A stretch of DNA of 64,000 nucleotides, taken from Selaginella moellendorffii (taxonomy: Eukaryota; Plantae; Lycopodiophyta). Shown one piece after another: positions 12,674 through 22,266 of this stretch. Position 1 is the stretch's first letter, and each line of letters opens with the position of its first letter. Under the pieces are notes generated by a model that saw only the letters and a program-made list of their open reading frames with translations, ran no database searches and was not told where the DNA came from. Position numbers and translations under genes: made by a program. The stretch is from assembly GCF_000143415.4 (NCBI RefSeq), contig NW_003314263.1:4344159-4408158 (forward strand), read 5' to 3'.

Positions 12674-12782
12674 CTATCGAGGGATTTCCTCATCTCGCTA
12701 GTCTCTTGTGCAAGCCCAAAATTTCCATTTTGCGTCATTGTTATCGCTCTCCTCATGTGGGCTACAAAATTTTGGTGATTGT

Positions 12783-13148
12783 TCATTCTCTTTTATCATT
12801 CCTCCCCTTTGGTTCTTTCAATTTGTTGGACAAATTGTGTAAGAGTCGCAAGACTGTTTCTTTGAATTCTTGAAAGCAACTAGTGCTCTGTTTTTCTTCT
12901 TTTTTTAAACTATCATCACTCTTTTTGGTGTCATTTTCGTGGGCTATTTCTTCTCGTTTTCTTCTCTCCCCCGTTGTGGCATTTTCATCCTTGATTCGGA
13001 GTCTAGCTTTTGCTTGCTTGCAAGTGTCACATCGCCATTTTGGATAGCATTGCTTGTACGGTTTTGCACAATTTCTGAAACCACACAAAAGGCAGTCTTT
13101 ATATCTTGTACAGCTTGTGTCTCCAAATGGGCAGTCGTGCTTTTTCAT
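12783..13148 (-). CDS. Small Cys-rich ORF (possible Zn finger) in the LTR-element leader
   Basis: 121 aa; CPFGDTSC..CLLC..C..C..CDTC followed by a charged tail. Confidence 0.35.
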   Translation of the reverse strand: MKKHDCPFGDTSCTRYKDCLLCGFRNCAKPYKQCYPKWRCDTCKQAKARLRIKDENATTGERRKREEIAHENDTKKSDDSLKKEEKQSTSCFQEFKETVLRLLHNLSNKLKEPKGRNDKRE

Positions 13149-13509
13149 TCTTCCTCCATCTCCAGCCGCTAGAATTTTCCCTTGGTCGTTTCCTTATCGC
13201 AGATTCTTGGAATATTCACTTTCTTCAACCTCTCGCCAAAAACAGTTACGCGTACGCTCCAAGTTTTCCACGACTTGGGTGGCTTCAATCTTCAAGTGTT
13301 CTTCATCTTTTGGTCTTACGCTCCATTTTTTTCTTCATTCCTTCATGCTCTTCCACCATTTTTGTTTTACGGTCTTGTTTTTCTTGATTTTTGGGGCTTT
13401 TTCTTCCTATGCCATTTTCTTGTGCGTCTTTGGTCTGTTTTCCTTGAAGTTTTGGGGGAAATGAGCGTCTTGGTCTGCTCTATTCCATGAGCTCTTCACG
13501 CCTCTCTCA

Positions 13510-13526
13510 TCCCACCGTGGTCGCCA
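13510..13526 (-). promoter_or_regulatory. Primer binding site TGGCGACCACGGTGGGA (tRNA-Arg type)
   Basis: Immediately internal to the 5' LTR; complementary to a tRNA 3' end ...CCCACCGTGGTCGCCA resembling plant tRNA-Arg(UCG). Confidence 0.7.
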
Positions 13527-13527
13527 G

Positions 13528-13945
13528 TGAAAACTCCTGGAATCTCTGGACTGGGAGGAAACGTCCACACGAGATTTTCCTAGGAGTTTCAAATCTAATC
13601 TAGTCCCTAAATCTAAAACTACACTACAAGAAGAATGCACTTACCTGCTTGTGCCAAGCCAAGCTGGGATTGTGAACAAGTGCTTGAAGGTGCTAGTCCC
13701 ACGCCTTTGATCCCTTGAAGGCGGTGGGTAAGTAAGACATTGCTGTGAAGAGCTGAAGAGATAGGCAGAAAGACAATGTATTGCAATGTATTTTGTATTA
13801 GGGATAAGTCTAAAAACATTCTAAGTCCTACTTTTATAGTCGCTACTGCTCACGTCAAGGTTAGGAATACAGTCCTAACCTTGAACCTCTCAAATTTACT
13901 TTCCTAAGCTTGAATCCTCGAGCTTGTCTTTTTCTCCCTTCTCCA
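13528..13945 (-). repeat. 5' LTR (family A)
   Basis: Near-identical to 9688-10106; followed on the minus strand by the PBS. Confidence 0.92.
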
Positions 13946-15099
13946 ATCCCATGGATCTCCCGCATCTCCTTGCCTTTCAACCAAGCCTTCACCTCGTTCA
14001 AGGCCTTCCAGAACTTGTGATAGGATTCAGAGTTGTAGATCATATAGTGGACTGAAGATTCCACCTCCGCAAGTCCCACCATTAAGTCAATGATGGAGCT
14101 GACTTCGTCTGCATGAGTGATCTCCTCGTTTGTGAAGTCCATCACACAAAAGATGTTCTTGACTTGCTCATCTCTGCGGGAAACGATGCTCCTCCACCTT
14201 TGATCCTCATCCGAATTCATGTATACCCGGTAAGGTTCTCGATAGGCCTCTGCTGCGGGGTCAAGTTGTTTCTGAAGCCGGCAGTCGACATCCCTCTTAA
14301 TGAAATTTGGATACTGATCCAACTTCTCAGCTTTACTTTTCGTGGCATCCCGCAGCAGATCGATGAACTTGGGGGCCCCCTTCACGTACTCGTCGATGTC
14401 TTCATTTGACAACTCCAGCTCTTCCATCATCTCTTGCGTGGTGTTGATGCTCACCCTCTCCATAGCCACTTGCTCGAAGATCCAATCCTTCAATAGCGCA
14501 CAAGCTCTCAGAGTCATGCACAAGTCCTCGTATGTCACAATATGGCCGGGAGTCATTTTGGTCTTGTTGAAGACTACCTCACCACGTAGAAGAGCATTAG
14601 CCACTGTCAAAAGGTCATCGTCGTCTAGAGACCGCGAGAAACGCAAGGCGTTGAGCTTCAAATCATTGGGCTTCCGGCCGTCCTCCACACCCATTGAGTT
14701 TAGCAACTCCCCGTCATGGTACCTCCTCAGCACATCTACCCATTTGTCAAAAACAACTTTTGTCGCGAGTAGAATGTTATGGATGCTGAGTGTGTCATTG
14801 ACCCCCAGTGTTTTCGAGAGAAGACTCGAGAATTCCTGCAATGGAAATGGCATGAGGCCACATGCAACGAGGCTTACCTGCCAGGCGCTAGTTGCTAGTG
14901 CATATCCTTGTCTTGGTTTTTGTGGCTTCTTCAGTTGAACCCAGAGCTTCCGTGTTCGTGCCAATGTCTCGTGTAGACCTGATTTGTAGCACGTTTCTTG
15001 CTTGACATTCTGCGCGTAGGAGATGTATATGATAGATCGGAGGGGCGAGTTGCCTTTTATCAGGCGGACAATTCTTGTCTTGAAGACTTTCTTCACCTC

Positions 15100-15400
15100 C
15101 TCGCCCACCATAATATCCACAACTATCTCTTGCATCGCCAAGCTAGAATGCTGCCCGGAGACGGCATAGAACCGGATGTTCTGATCGTCCAACACCTTCC
15201 TATTGATCAAGTCTGGAAACCTCGTCTCGCCCTTCATTGTTCGGTAGTAGGGGATCACGTCTGCAATGTCGGGTGTTACTGGACTTGCCAGCATCTTCTG
15301 CTTCAGTTTCTCCACCCACTCATCAGATACTAGCCTGTGGTTGTATTTGCTTTGGATGTCGATACGGCTCACATCGATTGTATATACTTTGTTGGAATAG
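15100..15400 (-). other. ParB/Sulfiredoxin-like N-terminal domain within the cargo gene
   Basis: VYTIDVSRIDIQSKYNHRLVSDEWVEKLKQKML...RFYAVSGQHSSLAMQEI follows the ParB-N pattern (I-x-I..NxR..V..L...; G-x-H-R/S-x-x-A). Confidence 0.65.
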
Positions 15401-18400
15401 TAACAAGTACTATTATCTGCAACGATTTTTGCTGCCTCTTCTTGCTCTTTCTGCTCTTTGCGGCTCTTCTTTTTGGTGGGTGTAGTGTTCGAACCCGAGG
15501 CAATGGCATCACTAAGTAGCTTCTTTTTTGGAGCAGGAGAGTCGGACGTCGGCTTGAGCTTGACCACCCTTTTCTGCTTCGGGGTAGTTTTTAGATCGAC
15601 CCCTTTCCCCTTCGCTTCGCGAACTGGAGGCACTCTCAACGGCTCAATGTTGGAATATAGTTTTTGAACATCGCCGTAGGTGAGGTCCGTGGATTCCATG
15701 TGATCTTCATAGACCCACAGCGTCTTTGAAATTGTGGGCCTCCTGGACAACCTCTCCCTAGCTCCCTCTAGGAATTCCTCATAGCCGCTGCCCCCCTCTG
15801 GGAAGCCGCTAGGATGTGCAAGGTGGATCTTGAAGGCGGACGCTGTCTTTACCACAAGTGCCAGTCCATATTCTTGCATGGAACTGCATGGAGTGTCTGT
15901 CACTTGGATGAGGATCCCCATGCATTCTTTTCTCCCACCATCTGTGTTGTACAGCCTCAGATCCTCGCCTTCCATCCCGAAAGTCCAACTGGTGAGCTCC
16001 TCCCCCTTCTCTGCATCCACATTAACAGTGGCTGGAAGAAGAACGCAATTCCTCGCCTGTTCAGAAATGCACAACAATTAGAGCTGACAAATGAAAAGCT
16101 AGCAGCTGGAAATAACGTGAGGCCACACGCCATTCACCACTGCATCAGATGTCTTGAGGCTGCATCCTAAGATGGCGTGAGGCTACACGCCATCTGTAAC
16201 CGGACTACACTCGAGAGCCCAATCGGTGCATGCCAATGTTGCTACTGAATGGCATGTGGCCTCATGCCATTTTCTACTTGGCCTAAAAGACTTACCATTT
16301 GAAGCCGAATGGAGGCGTGACAATCGAGGCCGGACTCGCTGGCGAATGTGCACTGTGTGTGCAGCGGATCGTAGCAGCAAGGCTACTCTGCCACTTACAG
16401 TTGGAGAGTGGCGCTGAAATCTCCCAGGACGCCAAGTGGGCTGCGTGTGGGTGGCGGAGTGGGCGGCGGAGTTGGCGGCGAAGTTACAAACTGGGTGTGT
16501 CTTGAAGTGGATGCCGATGCACACGAGCGCGATGCGAGCGCGAGTGTGATGCAAGCGCGAGTGGATGCCGATGCACACGAGAAACCTGTAGAGAAGGTAG
16601 ATGAGCGCGAATGTGAGCGTGATCGCGAGTGGGAGCGCGATGCGAGCGTGAGTGTGCGAGCTCGAGTACGAAGCAAAATGCAAAACCTAACCTCACACGC
16701 GCGAAATGTCACGACGGTTGGTAATCCCGCCACATCATCATTCCTCGGACTTGGGCGCCACCATTAATTTCTGGATCGCCGCGTGCATGCATGCACGTGA
16801 AATCCAAAAGAAATCCGCAACGTCATCATTCCTCGGACTGCATGCACGCGAAATCCAAAAGAAAGATCATGATTGGGATATCATTTAATACCCTCACTAT
16901 ATTTATACCATGCATGATTGGATATTCCAAAGCATCTTGTATTTCCAAAAATGCTAGATGTTCAGCTAAATAAAGAATGGTATACAATGTCCTTCTTGAT
17001 GACCCTGCAAAGAAGCATCTCGATCGGACACCATATGAGACCACACGAGCCTTACAATGTTTCAGGGGCATTTGCCATAGATCCAACCGTTATTTTGCTC
17101 CAAGATTCTACAGTTTGGTGTGCATTGACCTTTCCATCAACATTGCAAAGGGACATCACAATTAGATGCGGGATCACAAGAAACCAACTTCACTAACTCT
17201 GGTTTCACCAAGATCTACGTAAGGAGTTATGAAATGAAAGGACCCTCTCTATTGAAATGTGTTTATGGTCCTAGGGGCATTGTGACATATCAAAGGATTT
17301 TGCATCAAGTTCTGTATTTGCATGTTTATCAAGCTACTGAATTGCTAAACCCTAAACCTTAAACATGTGGCAAATGCTGCGTGAAGAAAGATGCCTTTTC
17401 TGGGCAAATGCTGTAAGAGGCAGATGCCGAGCAAATGTATCTCAGGCTAGCGAAGGGGATAAACGAAAGCTAGCTATAAACATGACGGGATGCAAATAAA
17501 TTACTAGGCTGGTCCTGCGAAAATCAAAAACCATAATTGAAAACATTGAAAATGCATAAAGAAAGGTTTATAATATTTTTGAATTTTAAGCAACCAAAGG
17601 AATGTAAGTAGGGCATGTGTTTGTAAGTTTAAAAATGCCTCAACCACTTAAATTCCCAAGTAAATAAAGCTGTTTCTATTTTTGGTACAGATAAACTTTA
17701 TAGGGTGTGGGCTTATGCAATTTTGAACCCAAAAATGCACCAAAAAATGCTCGACTAGCATTATTCTTTGAATGGCATGTGGCCTTATATTGCCATAAAT
17801 GGACGTACACACACAGCATAATTATTCCTTTACACGGTGAATAATCTTGGCGCGGATCGCTGACATGGCATGGCAAAGTTCGAATCACTGACATGGCACA
17901 GCTGGATCGAGGCAAGGACATGATGTGACAAAGTTCAACCTCCGACAGCAAAGTCTAGAAGCTACTCTGTTTGAAATTTGTCAGAGGAATCATAAGATCT
18001 AGTTTGTCAGAGGATTTGATGTGACGTTCATGCGTGTGTTATTTTTGAATTCTCAAACTCATTCCTAGGTCTATCATTTTTGTGCGCCGTGTTTTTGGTT
18101 CCGCTGAGCGCAGTGAGCGCTGCTTGTGTAAGCGGCGTTGTGAGCTGTGGTTTATGCGTCTACGAGCGGTTGCGGCATTGCGAGCGCCATTGCGAGCGGC
18201 AGTTTATGCGAGTGGCAGTTTGTGCGAGCGGCACAACGAGCAGTTGTGGTATTGCGAGCGGCACTACGAGTAGTTGCGGTGTTGCGAGCGGCACTTTCTT
18301 TGGTGTGGCTACCACTTCCTCTTGATATTCGGCACTTGTGCTTCCTGGTATGTTCACCATGGAATGGCTTAAGACCACATTTAGAAATGGCATGAGGCCA

Positions 18401-18657
18401 CATGGCATCTTGGGCCCTTGCAATTTCATGGCTAGCGTATTGTCATGTATGTTTTTACTTGCCTGCAGCTGTGTGTATATCAATATGGCATGAGGCCTCA
18501 TGCCAATTTTGTGAATGCGAAATTTCACGTGGGTGTCAATAGCATGTTTGAATAATGGCATGTGGCCTCATGCTATTGAGGTTGTTTGGTATGTTATGAT
18601 TTAGGCCATTCTCCAATCATTTTTTGTATGGTCTTAACTTCTTTTCTGCACTTTCAG

Positions 18658-21474
18658 AATGGCCTCCGCAAGTGCGACGCATGTTATCTTAAGAACCGTG
18701 CTACATGGATTCAGGCAAAGGTGTTTCTAAACAACCCCGAGGGGGAGGTGGTAGCTGAGGGCTTAGCCACAGTTGTCGATCCAAGAGATGCGGTTGCTAA
18801 TCAAGAATTGGGCTGGGATGATATTGGAGTTGCGATTTTAGAGGTTGTTGACACAGAAGAAAACAGTCTGACTATTGGAAGCATTGTGCGGTGGAAATTG
18901 AGGCACTTAGTGTTTGAGAATGTGAAGGATTCACAATCAAACACCACTACAACTAATGACAGAACATCTCTTCATGGGAAAAGAAAGTACACCTTCCTAA
19001 AGTGCAGCGAAAGGGATCTGAGCAACGAACCGAAAAGGCAGAAAATGACGATGGAGGTTCGAATGGTCTCGACAGTTGCTTGTTGCAAGAGGAGGTGCTG
19101 TCAACATGCTGATTGGGATGCTATTGAAGAGGAGAGAGCAAGATACAAAACGTTGTCCTGGAAGGCAGCTCGCAATTTTGTGTATGAGGCATTACGGTCA
19201 TCTGTTGATGCTTCAAAACATCAGGTGGGGGGCATGGTCTTCCAGAGGGGTTTGGTCTGCATGAAGGCATGGAGAATCATTTATGGAGTCCCTCGAACCA
19301 CATTCTACAGAATCAAAACTGAGTTCGAGGAACAAAGGGTTCAATAGGCAGTCCATGGGAACGACGGTACTCACAAAACCAGGGGTCATGTTGTATATGG
19401 AGAGGCAATCTTCAAGAGGTTTGTCGAGACATGTAGCGAGCAGCAACCACATAAAACCCGCCTCTTGGAAGATGGAACTCGAGACACCCAACGAGTTCTC
19501 CCTTCCATGTATACCAAGGGGGCCATATTGGAAGATCTGAATCGGGAACTTCAGAGTAATGGCTATAGGAAGCTGAGCCAATCTAAATTTAGTAGATTGT
19601 GGAGCAACAGGTTCAGGGATGTGAGTATAGGAAAGTACTCCAGCTTTTCAAAGTGTGATGAGTGCACTGCTATCAAAATGGCTTTGTCGAAGAATTCTTG
19701 CATCGCTCAAGAGCGAGAGACGTTGGTTAGAAGGCGGCTTGACCACAACATCGAGCAGAGAAGCTGCAGGACTGCATATTATCATAACAGGATTCTCTCC
19801 ATAGAGAGACCTGACTCTTACCTCTGCATCATCCACGACAAAATGGACCAGAAAAAGACGTGCTTACCTCGACTCAATCCTGCCCCCAAGGCAATCTCTT
19901 CATCCATGCAGCTGCCTGTGTCTCTATTTGGCATAATCGCTCATGGGCATGGTGCCTAGAACTATGGGAACTTCTTTGTACCTCTATGGGGTGGCTGGGG
20001 TGCAAACATGATGATTGCGTCCCTAGCAAAACACTTAAGGTCTCTGCAAAGTGCGTAGACTGAGCTGAACGGCCAACCCTTGCATAAGGCCCTTGTAGAT
20101 CGAACCCCATACAGGGTTCAGCTGGAGGAGGAGCAAAGGCTTGCAGTATCGCGTAGGGCCCCATGCCATCCTAGTGAATATGTTGGCCGTCAGATTGTAG
20201 GGTTATCACGTGAGGCCTCATGCCATTCCGACGAGGCTGGTCGCCCGGTGAATGCACAGCCTCATCCAAACGAAGCAGAATCTCAAGGAAGTTCTTGTGG
20301 CCGATGTGGCCTTCCACCCCATCTTCTGCTCCAAACAGACAATGCTGGCAGTGAGAACAAAAACATGTACATCTTCGCGTACTTGGCGATGCTTATTGCC
20401 AAAGGCATATTTGAAACAGTTACACTTGGCTTTCTCATGGTTGGGCACACTCATGAAGACGTCGATGCCATGTTCAATCACCTGGCAAAGTCCCTCCGGC
20501 GATCCAATGTCCTCACCCTCCCACAACTCTACGATGAATTCCAAAATTGCATCAAAGGCACTGTTGAAGCTGCACTTGTGACAGAGGTTCCAGACTTTAA
20601 GGGGTTTGTAAGAGGCTACATCAGGGACGGATCCGAAACGCTGATTGGCCACTCCAAGCCTCTTCAGTTTCATTTCAGCATGCGTGACGATGCTCTAGTG
20701 ATGAGGTACAAGATGAGAGAATGGGACACAGTGTGGCTGCCAGTGGACGGCATTGAACTCTTCAAGAGAGATCCCATAACTAGGGAACCTATGATTCCTT
20801 AGGGTTCCCCATGGCCGATGCACCCGGATGGACTCAAAGACCAGGAAAGTATAGTGGCCGGGATTAGACAGCATATTGCCTTCTGGAAGAGGGGGTTGGT
20901 GTTTGGTGGAGAATCCTATTTTAAGAGGTGCAAGCCTTTGCTCGAATACTGGGAGAAGATTATATCTGCTATCCAAAATGGGCCGGTTGTATATGAAGAA
21001 TTGGAAGAGTCCTTTTGGCCAGAACCTAGAGCACCAGATAGTAGCGGAACAATGTCCTCTGGAAATGCAGTGACAGATAACGATGTTGAGGATCACTATT
21101 GTGGGCCGAGGAACAAGAAGCCGGATTCAGCATTCAATCCAGTACAGGTCTGCAAAGGAATGGTCGTGCTTGTCAGACCCAGTAATAAAAAACAAATGAT
21201 ATGGGTGGGGCACTACATCACTGATGTAGAGGAGGACGCGGAAACTAACTCCTTCAATGTAACTGTGGAGTGGTTCAAGCCAAGTTCCGGATATACAAAG
21301 GATTGCCTAGAAAAGAGATGGGTGCTGAATCCAAGGGATCCCAGCATGAGCATATTGGTGGATAATGTTGTGCATGGTTGGATGTGGAAGCAGAGTGCCA
21401 CCATCACCTTGCCAGACCATGCAAGAGATGTAGCAAGAGCATTCATAACCCGGGTTCAAGGTGAGATTCATTAA
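18658..21474 (+). pseudogene. DUF7869/Sola-like DDD transposase (~940 codons, four in-frame TAG stops)
   Basis: ORFs 18586, 19465, 20080 and 20818 share one frame and are separated only by TAG (19345, 19957, 20056, 20800). Motifs KCDEC, IIHDKMDQ, LQTDNAGSENKN, FLMVGHTHEDVDAMF. Upstream intron 18348-18657. Confidence 0.85.
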
Positions 21475-22242
21475 TATTCCTTTACTAAGTTTCTAATGTA
21501 TTTTATTTCAAGGTGAACAATCCGAATCTGAATCAAAGGAGGCGTGATGGCATGGCGTGATGACGTGAGGCGTGACACCAAAAAGGAGGTGTCCACTAGC
21601 GCTTAGGCTTATAATGGCGTGTGCCCTCATGCCATTTACTTGATCACCAAATACCTTTTTCCCTTTGCACTAGTATATCTTAATACCGGTCTGAGAAATA
21701 GAATGGCATGTGCCCTCAGGCCTTTTACTAAATCACCTTTGAAAGAAATGCAAGCCTCTATGTTGTAAAAAAAAGCTACTAGAGAAATTCCTTAATAATA
21801 TGAATGTTATTTAGTTTCATGAAAATACACTAAGGGTCAAATGAGTTAAATGACTTCTCCAGACTAGCAATGCCTCTTGCTACACCTTCACAATTAGATT
21901 TGTTAGAAAAAGATAACATTGAATAATATCTAAATGTTCTCACCATTAAGTTATATGTCTGGCTAATAGGAATGACGTTCATCTTGGAAAGCTCACCACA
22001 CGCTCAATGAACAAACAAATAGTGTGTGCGCGCATGCCATCGCTTTTCTTTAGCTTCAGATTCGGCTTGTTCACCTTGATAATGAGATTTATTATACAAC
22101 CAGATGGACTCAGTCTGGACACAAAGTCACCGCGCTAGTCACCATGCCCCAGATATGTCTAGCCCCTGGACAAAAAACATATAATTTCACGTCATTTTCA
22201 AATACTTGAAAATTTGTACCTAGTCCCATTTTACTGAATAAA

Positions 22243-22266
22243 TCCCACTTTAACGAAATAGAGCAT
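22243..22266 (-). repeat. Right terminal inverted repeat of the 16.3-kb transposon
   Basis: Reverse complement ATGCTCTATTTCGTTAAAGTGGGA matches 5980-6003; followed by the CTAG TSD. Confidence 0.85.

Larger units (their letters stand above)
9688..13945 (-). mobile_element. Non-autonomous LTR retrotransposon (gag only plus two extra upstream ORFs), nested in the cargo gene
   Basis: TG...CA LTRs at 9688-10106 and 13528-13945; 5-bp TSD ATCCC (9683-9687, 13946-13950); PBS at 13510-13526; purine tract at 10107-10114; no pol. Confidence 0.92.
6421..16298 (-). pseudogene. Multi-exon transposon cargo gene: ParB/Srx-like domain, degenerate amino-MTase-like domain, acidic/low-complexity linker, FCP1/NIF HAD phosphatase-like domain (~1,650 aa reconstructed); disrupted by an LTR insertion and a TAG
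   Basis: Probable ATG at 16296-16298 next to a GT donor. GT-AG introns at 16057-16295, 14836-14877, ~9214-9263, 8950-8998, 8759-8805, ~8135-8191, ~8071-8119, ~7916-7963 and 7284-7330 join the ORF-track pieces in frame. Removing the LTR element joins ...MREIHGI to MAKKKISTN... in frame. The junction at ~9089-9127 is unresolved, and there is a premature TAG at 8864-8866. Confidence 0.75.
6075..22040. repeat. Dispersed 22-bp palindrome ATGGCRTG-WGGCCW-CAYGCCAT (~18 copies), element-specific
   Basis: Copies start at ~6075 (partial), 6365, 7442, 7517, 8768, 8959, 9100, 14847, 16112, 16172, 16249, 17772, 18387, 18485, 18555, 20205, 21614, 21703 and 22019. They appear in the ORF track as recurring MACGLMPF / MRPHA peptides. 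Confidence 0.9.
5980..22266. mobile_element. Large cut-and-paste DNA transposon (DUF7869/Sola-like DDD transposase) with ParB-MTase-HAD cargo gene; ~12.0 kb excluding the nested LTR element
   Basis: TIRs AAGCTCTATTTCATTAAAGTGGGA (5980-6003) and TCCCACTTTAACGAAATAGAGCAT (22243-22266); CTAG on both flanks (5976-5979, 22267-22270). Removing the element rejoins a host tandem duplication (GGGTAATAAG-CTAG-ACACT...CTATCTCCTCCC). Contains a transposase and a divergent cargo gene. Confidence 0.85.

Noticed and set aside
13510-13526. tRNA gene
   Set aside because: Only a 3'-end complement next to an LTR, i.e. a PBS; no cloverleaf.
6075-22040. Palindromic repeats as a CRISPR array
   Set aside because: Spacing is irregular over kilobases, copies sit in introns, there are no cas genes, and the context is eukaryotic.
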